A stretch of DNA of 55,061 bases from positions 41,752,249-41,807,309 of the forward strand of contig NC_057719.1 in the NCBI RefSeq assembly GCF_004010195.1. The letters run 5' to 3'. The notes under the pieces are model-generated. The model saw nothing but the letters and a program-made list of their open reading frames with translations. It did not search any database and had not been told where the DNA came from. A program made the position numbers and the translations under genes. Shown piece by piece: positions 12,380-25,545 of this stretch. The DNA is from Chiloscyllium plagiosum. Taxonomy: Eukaryota. Within the stretch, counting starts at the first letter, position 1; every line of letters starts with the position of its first letter.

Positions 12380-14400
12380 TTAGGGATGTGGAAACAGTGG
12401 CAAATATTTAATGGGATATTCCAGAAAGTGCAGAATAACTACATTCCAAAAAACAAGATAAAAGTATTAGGACAGACCTGCACTCTGTGGTTAACTATAA
12501 AGTGAAAGATACTCTTAAACACAAAGAAAAGGCATTTAATCGTGCAAGGACAGGTGGCTAATCAGAAAATTGGACAGAACATTTAAAACCAGCAAAGAAA
12601 CAGGAAAAGATTAATATGATGCAAAAATTAGAATACAGGAGAAAATTAGACAAAAATATAAAAAAAGATAGGAAATGTCTCTTAAATTTTTTAAAAAAGT
12701 GAAAAAGGCAAGTGTTGATTGTAAAAAGAAATGAGCCCAGAGAATTAGAAATGAAAGGTAAGGAGATGCCAGACAAATTGAACAGATTTTTGTGTTGGTT
12801 TTCACCAGCAGAGATACAAAAAATGTCCCAGAAATAGCGATATATCTGGAATTGAAGGGGAGGAAGGATTTCAATAAATTTGCAATTAACAAGAAAATAA
12901 CATTGAGTAAATTGTTGGAACTGTGAGTTGACGGATTTCATCCCATGGTCATAGGAGAAATAGCAAGTGAGATGACTGATGCATTAGTTTGAATTTTCCA
13001 AAATTCATTAGATTTGTGGAAGGTTCCTTTGGATTGGAAATTCACAAATGTGACAATTTTATTCAAAAGGAGGGGCACAGAAAGCAGAAAATAACAGGCT
13101 AGTTAAGATAACACCTGTCAAAGGAAAAACATTAGAAGCTATTATTAAAGAAGTTATAGCAGGATGTCAGGACAAGTTCAAAGTAATAAGGCAGAGCCAA
13201 CATGATTTTAACAAAGGGAAATCATGTTTAATTAACTTATTAGTGTTCTTTAAAGAAGTAACTTATGTAGCTAAAAGGGAACCAGTGGATATATAGTATT
13301 TAGATTCTCAGAAGGAATTTGATAAGATGTCACATCAAAGGTTATTGCAGCTCACAGTGATGTCATGGGTAGATGTTTGACGAGCTAACAGGAAGCAGAG
13401 AGTAGGGATAAATGGGTCTGTTTCAAGCTGGCAGGATGTCATGAGTAGTGTGTCACAAGGATCCATACTGGAGCCTCAACTCTTTACAAGTTATATAAAA
13501 TGATTTGGATGAAGGGACCAAAGTATGGTAACAAAATTTGCTGACACAAGGACAGGCTCAGTGATTGGGCAAAGATGAGGCAAATAGAGTATATTGCGGG
13601 ACAGTGTGAATTTTCCACTTTGGCAGAAAGAATAAGGAGAAACATATTGAAATGGTGAATGGTTACAGTGCTCTGGGATGCAGAGATATCTAGGAGTCCA
13701 AGTGTGCCAATCACAGAAGGTTAGTATGCAGATACAGCAGGTGATCAGGAAAGCTAATAGAATGTTATGTTTTACTGTGAGGGGATGAATGCAAGAGTAG
13801 CGAGGTTATGCTTCAATTATACAGGGCAATATGAGACCAGATCTGGAGTACCTTTTATAGTACTAGTCACCACATTAAATGAAGGATGTTAATATGTTGG
13901 AAGTTGTTCGGAGAAGGTTTATTAGAATAATACTTGGAGTGAACAGGTTTTGCCTTATGAGGACAGGCTAGACAGGCCAGACGTGTATTCTCTGGAGTAT
14001 AGAGGAATCAGAGGTGAGTTCATTGAAACATATACAATCCTGAGGGGATTTGACAGGATGGATGTTAAAAGTGAGTTTCCAGTTGTGACAGAACACAGAA
14101 TGAGGGGTTATTATTTAACAATAAGGGGTGGCTCATTTAAGACCAAGATGAAGAAAAAATGTTTTCCCTCAGAAGGTTTTAGTCCATAGAGTTCCCTTGC
14201 TTGAAAGACAGTGAATTCAAAACCTTGAATATTTTGAACATCGAGATAGGTAGGTTTTTGATTACGAAGGGGATGTAAGATTATCAGGGATATACAGGAA
14301 TAAAGAGTTGAGGTTGGAATCAGATCAGCCATGTATCAGCTATTGAAATAGAAGATCAGGTTCAAAGTGCTGAGAGGCAGATTCTCGTTCCTTGTTCATA
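12380..14400 (+). mobile_element. Old CR1 LINE ORF2 plus 3' UTR, heavily degraded
   Basis: Remnants of PLDWKFTNVT, GKSCLINL, YLDSQKEFDK, GSILEP and YSLEYRGIRGEFIETY; colinear with 39330-41570. Confidence 0.85.
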
Positions 14401-15405
14401 TGCAGATGCCGGAGATCAGAGTTGAAAGTGGGGTGCTGGAAAAGCACAGCAGGTCAGGCAGCATCCAAGAAGCGAGAGAATCAATGTTTCGAGCAAGAGC
14501 CCTTCATCTGGAATGAGGCTTGTGAGCCGAGGGGGTGGAGCGATAAATGAGAGGAGAGTGGGCATGGGGGGAAGGTAGCTGAGAGTGAGATATGCAGACA
14601 GAGGTGGGGGTAATGATATGTTGGAGAGGAGGATGGAGTGGATAAGTGGGAAGGAAGATGGACAGGTCATGAGGGTGGTGCCAGGTTGGAAGGTTGAAAC
14701 TGGGATAAGGTGGGGGAGGGGAAATGAGGAAACTGGTGAAATCCACATTGATGCCGTGGGGTTGAAAGGTCCCAAGGTGGAAGATGAGGCATTTTTCCTC
14801 CAGGCGTCGGATGGTAAGGGAGTGGCGATGGAGGAAGCCCAGGAACTGCATATCCTTGTTGAAGTGGGAAGGGGAGTTGAAGTGTTCGGCCACGAGGTGG
14901 TGGGGTTGGTTGGGGCAGAGGTACCAGAGATGTTCTTTGAAGCACTCTGCGAGTAGGCGCCCTGTCTCCCCAATGTAGAGGAAACCTGGAGCAATGGTAA
15001 CAGTAAGTGACATGTGTGGAAGTGCAGGTGAAACGTTGATGGATGTGGAAGACTCCTTTGGGGCCTTGGATGGAGGGGGTGTGGACCTGACGATGGACTC
15101 ACGGAGGCAATGGTCTTTACGGAATGCAGACAGGGGTGGGGAGGGAAGTATATCTCTGGTGGTCTGCCTGGAGGTGCAGAAATGGCAGAGGATGATGCGA
15201 TGTATACGGAGGTTGGTGGGTGGAAGGTGAGGACCGGGGGAGGTTCTGTCCTTGTTGTGGTTGGAGGAGTGGGGTCCGAGGGCAGAGATGAGGGAGGTGG
15301 ATGAAATACATTGGAGGACATCATCGACCAGGCGGAGGTGCGGGAAACCTCCTTCTTCAAAGATGGCAATTTCCCCTTCCACGTGGTCGATGATGCCTTG
15401 CATCC
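14401..15405 (-). mobile_element. Penelope-like element 3' part (GIY-YIG endonuclease plus terminal repeat)
   Basis: ORF 14504-15403 reads FLYIGETGRLLAECFKEHL..VAEHFNSPSH..RRLEEKCLIFHLGTFQPHGINVDF. A degenerate hammerhead core lies at about 14486-14510. Confidence 0.88.
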
Positions 15406-17749
15406 TCTTTGAAATTCTCTATTAGATCATTTATTGAGTTTCTCTGCACATACCCCTTCTAGCTTCTCATCAAAATTGAAGTCCCTCATTTCAGTAAATT
15501 CCTTATTGACCTTCTCTGGTACGTTTCCAAGGCCCTTACATATTTGCTGGAGTATAGTATCCAGAGCTGTTTACAATATTCCAGCTAATGCCTAGTCAGT
15601 GATTTATAAAATTATAACCTGACCTCTTTGTTTTATATATTTTATACCTCTACTTCTGAACTCAAGTAACTTTTGTTTTAATTTGCTTTGATCCAAGCTT
15701 AATCAATAAAAGGTTAATTCGGTTATTCTCTACAAAGATACTAAATAACCACCTCAAAGAACAAATCTATCACCTCAACCACAACCTGAGCTATAAACCT
15801 TTGCAAAAAATCTAAACCGAATATTTCCAGCATTTTCCATTTTGACTTCAGTTTGCCAGCATTTGCAGGTTTTTCTTTTTTTAAACCATCTAATTAACTC
15901 ACCTTGCCTTATTTAAAAAGTTTGCAGGTGACATCCAGATCTCTCTGCTCATGCACAATGTTCCAAATCATGACATTTATTATGCTACCCTTTCAACATA
16001 CATTACTTCTGATCTCTCAGCATTGAACATCATCTTTTGTATTTCTGCTTACAACATGATCATGAAATCTTGCTATCTAGTACTTTATCAAGTTGTACTT
16101 AATAACATTAGGGAATAATTTTTGGAATCTTTATAGATCATAGCAAGGAAGATTAATTATCACCCAAAGAATTGGCAATAAAATTCAATTTTAGATTTAT
16201 AGAAGGAGCATTTCTGTGTATCTGTGAACCCATTTGTTCGATTTCAACTACTAAAGCTTTTTATGTTGTTTTATGCAATCTTTGTGGGTCTTAGTCCTTA
16301 TCAGAAGAGTTATCGGAAAAACTGTGGTATTTTACCGGACAATTACTTCCAGCAATGTGTGGTATTTGCCACATTTACCAGTGTGTGTTGTTTCCAGTCA
16401 CTTGTCACCAATTCTCTTCTGTCTTTACTTCATCTGAGACTACTAATGATTAATGGTAGAGGATACATTACTACAGAGTGCACGTAAGAGACGCTGATCT
16501 TAGATAACAGAAAGGTTTATTGCATTATAGAAACTTATACTTCTACGTTTGGTCAGGCATAATCACTATGATCTTAGGGAACAGATACAGATCCATCTGC
16601 TACCTCTGAAAGCTAGACTAGACTGTGAGTGCCATCAGTAGAATGTGTGGAGCGAATGTAACATAAACATCAACGTGTTCAGAACCAAGATCTTATAACA
16701 TTATCTTACATCATTAAACATGTTTGTTTTCTTCCTACAGTGTAATTTCTGCCTGTTGTCATTTCCATGTAAGTATTTAATCTGCTTCTCTGTATCGAAC
16801 TTTCACTGTCACCCTAAACTTCCTTATTTTAAATGTCTACACAAAGAAACTCTCTGAAGGAATGCTAAACATTTCTGTGGGAACAAATTAGTTGTACACC
16901 TACCCTATAATGTGAAATGATCATCTCTGAGGTAGTTTTACCTCTTTAAGCTTAGCCAATTCTAAAGACAAAGAGGATCAAACTTGTTCTTTGAATTTAG
17001 TGAAATAGCTTCACTAAGGACAATTATTTACAAAGTTAATTACAGTTTACTTTCAGATACAAAATGATTTTTTAGATTGTTTTTCAATAATCATCATGTG
17101 TTGCAGATACAAAATAAACAAACCGACAGTGCTGAACATGCTGCCAATTTAAATAATAAATACTGTAAATATAAACCAATCACTCTCATCGAGAGATTAG
17201 ATATTCTTTCACATAACAGGAAACATTAGACTTGGTGTTTATTTATTAATCATATTTTCTATTAGTTGACTTGTACTAATTTGGCATGATTGTCTTTCAA
17301 ATGAAATATAGCCTATGTTTCAGTGATAGAAATGTCTGCAGCTTCTCTTCAAGATTTGAAGAAAATTGCCTTGTTTATTTAAAATGTGATGAATAGTTGC
17401 AGCAGTTTGTTGTAGCCAGCATACAATGTGTGAGGTTCAGCTGTAAGCCCTCTGTGCCACTTGTACATGCTGTCATCAAATTATTGACTACAAACAGTAG
17501 CAATTGCTAGCATGTGTGCAACCATTACTGAAATTCTTATAATTCCCAGTGTAAAGGGTAACTGTACTGTCAGCAAAGAAATAAGCCTGGACTAGAAATT
17601 GGGCAACAACAATGTAGCCACAATTCTATGACTGCCCTTTCTATCACCACTGCCATTCTCTAGCCTGGTTGCTTCATACTCTCTTTTACATATCTGCTGA
17701 CAAAATTGTACAATAGATTTACAATACATATTGTCTTTTTTTGGTTCTC

Positions 17750-19990
17750 CGCAAGATCGTTATTTATCATTGATCCCAAATTGCTATTGAAATGTTGATG
17801 GTGAGCTGCCTTCCTGAACCACTGAAGTCTATGTGATGTAGGTAGACACAATATGTTTAGGGAATTTCAGCTTTCATACTCAACAGTGATGATGGTAATA
17901 TAGTCCGAAGTCAGGATCGGAACTTTGCAAATGAATATTTTTTTCTCTTGCCAAAACTGCCCTTGTCCTTCTAGATGGCAGAGTTGCAGGTTGGGAAAAT
18001 GCTCTCGAAAAGTTCTTGGCAAATTATTGAAGTGTGCCTTGTGGGTAACATAGCCTGGAGTGCTGGAGAGAGTGAATGTTTAAGATGGTGGATGGATCCT
18101 AATCAAGCATGATGCGTATTAGATTGTGTTGAGCTTCTTGAGTGTTGTTGTAGCTGTACCCATCTCCTGACCTGTTCTTGTCAATGTGGAGAGTCCTTGA
18201 AAGTCAGGAAGTGATTTAATCACCAACAAATTCCCAGCTTCTAACCTGCTTTTGTGGCCAGAGCATTTGTATTATTACTCCAATTAATTGATTGGTCAAT
18301 GGTGGCCTTCAGAATGATGGGGTGAGATTTTCTTTTTGTTCTTTTATTTGATGTGGGTATCACTGATAAAATTATCCACCCCTAATGGCTCTATGAGAAC
18401 AGTTCAGAGCCAATCATGCTATGAATCACATGTAATCCAAACTAGGTAAAGATAACAAATTCCTTTCCTTAAAGGACATTAGTAAACCAGAGAGGTTTTA
18501 AAACAATGAATGACAACTTCGCAGTCACTATGACTGGGATGAGTTTTCAATGCCACAATTTTTTCAACTGACTAGGGTGGCATGGTGGCTCAGTGGTTAG
18601 CACGGCTGCCTCACAGCACTAGGGACCTGGGTTTGATTCCTGCCTCGGGTAGCTGTTTGTGTGGAGTTTGCACATACTCCCCATGTCTGCATGGGTTTGC
18701 TCTGGTTTCTTCCCACAATTCAAAGATATGCAAGTCAGGTGAATTGGTCACGCTTAACTGCCCATAGTGTTTGGTGAATTAGGGTCTAGAGTAGAGGGGT
18801 GCTGGAAAAGGACAGCAGTTCAGGCAGCATCGGAGGAGCAAAAGCCCTTCAGGAATTGAGCAGGAATAGTTAGGTGAATTAGTCAAGAGTAAATATAGGG
18901 TAGGGGAATGGGTCTGGGTGGGTTACTCTTCAGAGAGTCGGTGTGGACTTGTTGGGCCAAATGGCGTGTTTCAATACTGTAGGGAATCTAATCTAATGAG
19001 ACTGAATATAAATTTAACCATCAGAGATCAGGGGAGCCTCAGTATGAGCTGACGGTGGAGATTAGATTGGACGCCATGGCCCAAATTACTCATCAGTGCC
19101 GTTACCACAACAGCACCTTGTTTTAAGTGCATTCCTTCAGCAATTGTAATGTTGTATGTCAAAGGAGGTGATTAGATTTTGCCATGTTGGAGATAATAAT
19201 TGATTGACACTTGTATTTCAGAAATGCTCCTAGCTATTTATCAGCCCAAGCCTGAGTAAAGCCCTGATCTTGTTGCGTTTGTGCATACAATGTTTCATTA
19301 TCTGAACAACTACAATTATCAATGAACATCTCTGAATCTGACTTTATCATCAGAGGAAGTCATTGATGGAATAGCGGAAAATGGTTGGATGTAGAACACT
19401 TTCCCATGGAGTTTCTGCAGTCATGTCGTGAGACAAGGATCATTTGTCTCCAGCAACAACAACCACCTCACTTTGTGCTAAGTATAACACCAGGCAGCAG
19501 AGAGATTTCCTCTGAGTTTCAAAGACTTCAATTTTACAGGGGCTCCTTGATGAAAACTCAATCAAATACTACCTTGAAATAAAGGGTAGTCTTTTTCATA
19601 TCACCTCAAGAATTTACCTCTTTTATCCATCTTTGTAACATGAATGAAGTTTGGAGCTAGGTCATCCTAATTGAACCCAGCAGACCATGAGTAAACAGGG
19701 CAGTGTAAGTGCTGTTACAGATTCCCTCTATCATTCCACTGATGATTGAAAGTAGGTTGAAGGAGCAGTAATTGGCAGTTTTTGAATGGACACATCTGGA
19801 CAGTTTTTTGCAGTGTCAGAATGTTGTAGCTGTCCTAATATCTTGGATAGAGGCATGGCTAGCTCAGATTCTTCAGATGAATGATGTCAAACTCCATAGC
19901 CTTTGTTCTTCTCAGTGCACATAGTTGCTTTTAGATATCATATGGGATGGATGGAATTGGCTGAAGAGTGGCTTTTGTGATGATGAGAAT
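17750..19990 (-). mobile_element. Degraded LINE (family of 10540-11870) with nested SINEs
   Basis: 3' tail near 17750-17825 (ggtgagctgccttcctgaaccactg). ORF2 remnants lie at 17900-18310 and 19110-19990, interrupted by a SINE at 18330-19110. Confidence 0.65.
18575..18995 (+). mobile_element. HE1 V-SINE with a nested ~85 bp Penelope-terminus fragment
   Basis: Head gggtggcatggtggctcagtggttagcac, V-domain tgtgtggagtttgcac, (TAATC)n tail. The insert at 18783-18868 is flanked by gtt(t/a)ggtgaattag. Confidence 0.9.
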
Positions 19991-20409
19991 CTTAGAAGCT
20001 GGCCAAGTTAGGTCATGTACTCAAAGTTGGTTTAAGCCACATAATACAAAGGGGTAAATGATGCTACGCAAAACCCTGGTAAGTCAAAGACAATTTTCCC
20101 CAGAACTTGGGGTAAGGTATAGTCAGGATGCATTTGATAGGGGAGTTCAATAAAATATTCCCAAACCTGCTCACATTTTGATTCAAGTCACTGGACTTGA
20201 AATGAAAGCTCTGTTTTTCTCTCCACAGATGCTACCACACCTGTTGAGTTTCTCTGGCACTTTCTAATTTTGTTCCAATGTCCTGTCATTAGTTCCAGAA
20301 TGTGCAGGGCACAGACATGCTCTGGATGGGTGACTTCAATGTCTACCTCCAAGAGTGGCCCAGCAGCACCACTACTGATCAAGCAGGTCAAATCCTAAAG
20401 GACCAAATT

Positions 20410-20990
20410 TACCACAACCTCTGTCTTATCACCCTCCCCTTCAGGATGCTCTGCAGCTGCTCACTGACATCCCTGACCCTGGCACCAGCGCAGCAACACA
20501 CCATCCTGGAGTCACATCTGTGGCTGCAAAAATGTTTGTCAGTTCCCCGAACTAATGAATCCCCTATTGCTATCACTCCTGCTTTCTTCTTCCTCACCCT
20601 CTGTATAGTCAGGCTGCTTGTGGAGCCAGAAGCTTGGCTCTGTATGCACTCCCTTGAGGAACTGGCACCCTAATCAACGTCGAAAAGGGGAACTGATTTG
20701 TAAACAGGACTCCAGGGAACTCCTCCACTACCTGCCTGATTCTTTTGGACTGCCTGATGGCCACTCACTCCCTTCTTTTCACCAGTTCTGTAAGCTGCAG
20801 TGTGACCAGCTCTCTATGTTATCCCCATGACTCTCAGCCTCATGAATGTGACACCCAGTGTCTCCAGCAGAAGCATTGAGCTCAAGGTTCTGCAGTTGGG
20901 AGCTCTTCCTGCACACATGGTCATCTTCAATCCATAACTTCCCAAATGTGACTTATCCTACATTCCACTCGGTTGCCCTCATCTGCCATG
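20410..20990 (-). mobile_element. CR1 ORF1 remnant with SGNH/GDSL esterase domain
   Basis: ORF 20409-20597 reads IAIGDSLVRGTD..RMVCCCAGARVRDVSEQLQSILKG. Confidence 0.8.
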
Positions 20991-21514
20991 AATGATAATT
21001 AAACTAACTTATTCTAGCTAATTTTTCTAATTATTTAATCAAAAAAACATCCCTATACTAAGTTTCCTTTTCTTAGTCTCTTACTGTTGCTTATCCCTGC
21101 TGCATTTCACTTAATCCAAGAGTGATTTTACACTTTTTAAATAAGTGCTATTTGGGGTGAGCCTGTAAAGGTAGAGCATTGCCATCCAATCAGCTCACTG
21201 CTTAATTTGTTTTCTTTAAAATTTCCAACTTTTGTTTAGTCTGTAAAATGTTTCTATTTATCTTTAATCTGAAAGCACTTTTCAATCGATTGGTTGGTTG
21301 TAGCTGTCAATGACCTTAGTTTCCTGCAATGACACTTTTTTTTTGCGCTGGGCATCCAGTCTTGGGCTTTAATTTATTCTGCTAAAAAGTTGCAAGTTAC
21401 AAACAATGAATCAACAAACAACAAAACTCACCCCTTCGTCTCTGCACCGAATTCCCATGGTGCTCCAAATTCCTGAAGACACACTCTTACTCATGCAATG
21501 TCTCACTCAGGATG

Positions 21515-21580
21515 TTCTCTCTCTCTCTCTCTCTTCCCCCCACGCCCCCCCCCCCCCACCCCCCCCGACCCCCACACCCC
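21515..21580. repeat. (CT)n microsatellite plus C-run tract
   Basis: ctctctctctctctctct followed by multiple C runs. Confidence 0.9.
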
Positions 21581-22212
21581 AAAGTTTGCGAATCCAGTGT
21601 GAAAAAAGCCATGTGGGTATGCATTAGATACAAAGATGGATACAAAATTATGGAAAGTCAAACTGGGAAAAAATGGTGGGGAATAGGTGAGAGAGGATTT
21701 CTCAATTTATGGAAAGATTGCTTGTCCTACAGTTGATTTTGCTTAAATATCTAAAAACTGCCTATATTTTGTTTTAAAATGCTTTCAATATGTAAGTATG
21801 CACCTGTGTGTGTGTATCGATATACATATAAAATAACATACATGGTAATGGTAATTCAGCTACTTTTGTCTCTCGACATCATTGTTATGATCCTGAATAA
21901 AGAGGTTTTCAGCATCTCGATGTACAAGCTGAAATATTATGAGGAACACAATGGTCATAACATATTGAGGTGTTAATTTTCTGTAGTGTTTGATATTGTG
22001 AAAATTGAATAATAGGCATTGTTTTCTTATTTACAAATGAAAGCATAGTCATGGACAAATGCACATTCCAATGAATCTATGTTTTAATAACATTCATGTT
22101 ATCAATCAGTTTTATCAGTATTGTTGTTCTTGTGATTCCTTGTGAGTAGTTCTGTACAACATACGATTCAGTCAATATCTTATTTCCTTCTTAAATTTTG
22201 TTTGTTTTCTAG

Positions 22213-22407
22213 GTCACAACTTGCTTTGGAATGCAACACAGCAGTCTGTGTTTCTTCATTTTAAAACATCTGACAGCATCTGCCAAATAAGCTAAACAAA
22301 AGAGTTATTTATGTTCTGCATCCAGCAAAAGCAGCTAATTTAAATTTGGAAGTTATTTGTGGCTGTTCGTTGAGAGTAACAAGTCAATTTCAGCTGTACC
22401 AACAAAG
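22213..22407 (+). other. Candidate non-coding 5' UTR exon of the NRAC-like gene
   Basis: Acceptor ttttgtttgttttctag and donor AAG|gtaaag, stops in all three frames, non-repetitive sequence 1.1 kb upstream of the ATG exon. Confidence 0.45.
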
Positions 22408-22719
22408 GTAAAGAAGCACTGGGATTCCAACCAAAGCAGTTTGACTGCAGGATAAATCTTTGAGTGTAGCTTCACAATATTTACCTTTCAGCTCAAAGCA
22501 AGTTATTCGAGCTTTGCAAAGATGGTTAGTGATACTTCATTTTGAATTTGTGTGCATTTTTGGGCATCCTACCTTCCAAAGAACATGCTCCAAAGAGGAT
22601 AACAAGCCTCTTAATGGGATTTTGATTCTAAGCTACAAAGAAAAATTCTGTGATGAACTTGTTTTGTTGGGGAGAAGCTTTAAATTTAACTAATTCATGT
22701 ACTGAGGGGAAGATGATGC

Positions 22720-23355
22720 CATTGGACTATAGGGGACGCAATGCACAGGAAACGTGGGTTCAAATCCTACCACAGTAATTGGTGGAATTTAAATTCAATT
22801 AATACATCTGGAATTGAAATCTAGTCTTAATATTGGTTACAATTAAACTATTATCAATTATTGATTTAAAGAAAACTTATCTGATTTATTAATGTTCTTT
22901 CGATTAGATTCCCTACAGTGTGGAAACAGGCCCTTCAGCCCAACAAGTCCACGCCGACCTTCTGAAGAGCAACCCACCCAGACCCATTCCCCTAACTTAT
23001 GCACCTAACACTGCAGGCAATTTAGAATGGTCAATTCACCTAACCTGCACATCTTTGGACTGTGGGAGGAAACCGGAGCACCCGGAGGAAACCCACGCAG
23101 ACACAAGGAGAATGTGCAAACTCCACACAGACGGTCCCTGGTGCTGTGAGGCAGCAGTGCTAACCACTGAGCCACCGTGCCACCCCTATCATCCTTCCAA
23201 GTTCTGGACAGTATGTGGTTCCAGATAGACAGCAATCTGTCCTACTGTTCACTGCCCTTGGAAATGACCTAGTGAGCCATTCACAGTTCAAGAGCAATTA
23301 AGATGTAACAAATACTGGCCTTGCCGGTGACAATCACAGCTGCTGAAAGAATTAA
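22720..23355 (+). mobile_element. tRNA-derived SINE split by an HE1 insertion
   Basis: Head gggttcaaatcc at about 22757; the body resumes after 23185 and ends ...gagcaattaag...aaatactggcc. Confidence 0.6.
22903..23182 (-). mobile_element. HE1 V-SINE
   Basis: Reverse complement of the HE1 pattern, from attagattccctacagtgtggaaac to ccactgagccaccgtgcc. Confidence 0.92.
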
Positions 23356-23569
23356 GTAGGGAGAAAGAACAAAGAGAAACTCTTCAGAACCAATCCTCAG
23401 GAAATTAAATGGGTTGCGCAGAATCTAATAAGTAGATCTTAGATGACCTATGGAAGGAGTGACCTGGGTTAATTCTTAATTTTCATTTCTTTTCTCTATA
23501 TTAGAAAGTGTTTGTATTAAAAGTCCAGTTATTACCAGAAGCCTTGAATTCTTGACTTCCGAATGGAAA

Positions 23570-23585
23570 ATGGTCGATAAAACAG
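23570..23585 (+). CDS. NRAC: NRAC-like gene, putative first coding segment (MVDKT, phase 1) in exon 23505-23585
   Basis: Acceptor ttcttttctctatattag at 23504, ATG in AAAATGG context, donor CAG|gtaact. Phase 1 fits the next exon. No homology support for this segment itself. Confidence 0.5.
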
Positions 23586-24269
23586 GTAACTAGGCTCTCT
23601 TTACTGCTACAGCTCAGCAATGCCATTGAAGAGACGCTGTTCCCTTCTCATGTGTTTTTGGACTTTAAGGAAAGGTTAAAACCCATGCATTTTACTTAAT
23701 TCGAATTGATAAATCATGTAAAGGTAACATTTTCTGAACTTTGTTATATTATTTTATTTTAATTTGTAACCAGTAAAGTGAAATATTTCTTTAATTTTAT
23801 CGCTGTGACAAGATGCAATAACTTGTATTCAGTCCTCCCTGATTTGCATGTTATTATTCAGTGACAGCCAACACCATCTAGGTTTATCACTTTAACATTA
23901 CCCTTGGCTCCTAATACTTAATCTGACTGTCTGTTAGGCATTAAGTACATCCAAACTGCGTGTTCATAATAAACGCTATAAAATACACTATCACCTTGAT
24001 TTTTAACTCCAGACTGATTCTCAAAGTCACTTCTATCCAGTCACAATAATTGTCATTTTTGCATTGGTGCCGGCCTATATTTCTATTTCACTCTCACTGG
24101 CATGTAAACACACATCACCTCATGATTGAAGAATTGTCTCTTTGTCCTGGACTCCACCCTAATTAAAAGCAAGGGGTGGAATCTTATTGGGATCTGAGCT
24201 ATATGGGCTATGGTGAGATTTGTGGCAGAATTGAATAAGAAACCTGACAAAGCCTTTCTCGATGTCATG

Positions 24270-24639
24270 ATTCGGAGATGCCGGTGTTGGACTGGGGTGT
24301 ACAAAGTTAAAAATCACACAACACCAGGTTATAGTCCAACAGGTTTAATTGGAAGCACACTAGCTTTCGGAGCGACGCTCCTTCATCAGGTGATTGTGGA
24401 CGGCTCGATCGTAATACAGAATTTATAGCAAAAATTTGCAGTGTGATGTAACTGAAATTATACATTGAAGAATTGATTGTCTGTTAAGCCTTTCATCAGT
24501 TAGAATACAGTGATAGTTTCACTTCTTTCATGTGTAAATCACAAAACCCTTTTTTTAAAAGTTGCACTCTCGGGTTAGCTGTTAACAATGGTGATAGCTA
24601 GACAATATATTGAAGGTGTTAGCCCCCTGTGTTCTCTGT
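24270..24639 (-). mobile_element. Penelope-like terminal repeat (second family) running into the gap
   Basis: Contains an intact hammerhead core on the minus strand at 24365-24389. Bases 24491-24624 are inverted at 25611-25744. Confidence 0.75.
24365..24389 (-). ncRNA. Minimal hammerhead ribozyme core
   Basis: Minus strand reads CUGAUGA-A-GGAGC-GUC-GCUCC-GAAA, with both conserved boxes and a perfect 5-bp helix II. Confidence 0.75.
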
Positions 24640-25466
24640 NNNNNNNNNNNNNNNNNNNNNNNNNNNNNNNNNNNNNNNNNNNNNNNNNNNNNNNNNNNNN
24701 NNNNNNNNNNNNNNNNNNNNNNNNNNNNNNNNNNNNNNNNNNNNNNNNNNNNNNNNNNNNNNNNNNNNNNNNNNNNNNNNNNNNNNNNNNNNNNNNNNNN
24801 NNNNNNNNNNNNNNNNNNNNNNNNNNNNNNNNNNNNNNNNNNNNNNNNNNNNNNNNNNNNNNNNNNNNNNNNNNNNNNNNNNNNNNNNNNNNNNNNNNNN
24901 NNNNNNNNNNNNNNNNNNNNNNNNNNNNNNNNNNNNNNNNNNNNNNNNNNNNNNNNNNNNNNNNNNNNNNNNNNNNNNNNNNNNNNNNNNNNNNNNNNNN
25001 NNNNNNNNNNNNNNNNNNNNNNNNNNNNNNNNNNNNNNNNNNNNNNNNNNNNNNNNNNNNNNNNNNNNNNNNNNNNNNNNNNNNNNNNNNNNNNNNNNNN
25101 NNNNNNNNNNNNNNNNNNNNNNNNNNNNNNNNNNNNNNNNNNNNNNNNNNNNNNNNNNNNNNNNNNNNNNNNNNNNNNNNNNNNNNNNNNNNNNNNNNNN
25201 NNNNNNNNNNNNNNNNNNNNNNNNNNNNNNNNNNNNNNNNNNNNNNNNNNNNNNNNNNNNNNNNNNNNNNNNNNNNNNNNNNNNNNNNNNNNNNNNNNNN
25301 NNNNNNNNNNNNNNNNNNNNNNNNNNNNNNNNNNNNNNNNNNNNNNNNNNNNNNNNNNNNNNNNNNNNNNNNNNNNNNNNNNNNNNNNNNNNNNNNNNNN
25401 NNNNNNNNNNNNNNNNNNNNNNNNNNNNNNNNNNNNNNNNNNNNNNNNNNNNNNNNNNNNNNNNNN
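24640..25466. other. Assembly gap (N run)
   Basis: Run of N bases. Confidence 1.
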
Positions 25467-25545
25467 CCGAAACATTGATTCTCCTGCTCCTTGGATGCTG
25501 CCTGACCTGCTGCGCTTTTCCAGCAACACATTTTCAGCTCTACTT
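25467..25545 (+). mobile_element. Penelope terminus fragment
   Basis: ccgaaacattgattctcctgctccttggatgctgcctgacctgctg is the reverse complement of about 14420-14490. Confidence 0.75.

Noticed and set aside
14416..15369. 317-aa Pro/Ser-rich ORF
   Set aside because: Alternative frame of a C-rich Penelope remnant, not a host gene.
16484..16710. Possible solo LTR (gtaaga...tcttaca)
   Set aside because: The terminus is imperfect and there is no matching TSD.
22280..22400. CArG/MEF2/E-box-like motifs as a muscle promoter
   Set aside because: Imperfect matches in AT-rich DNA are expected by chance.
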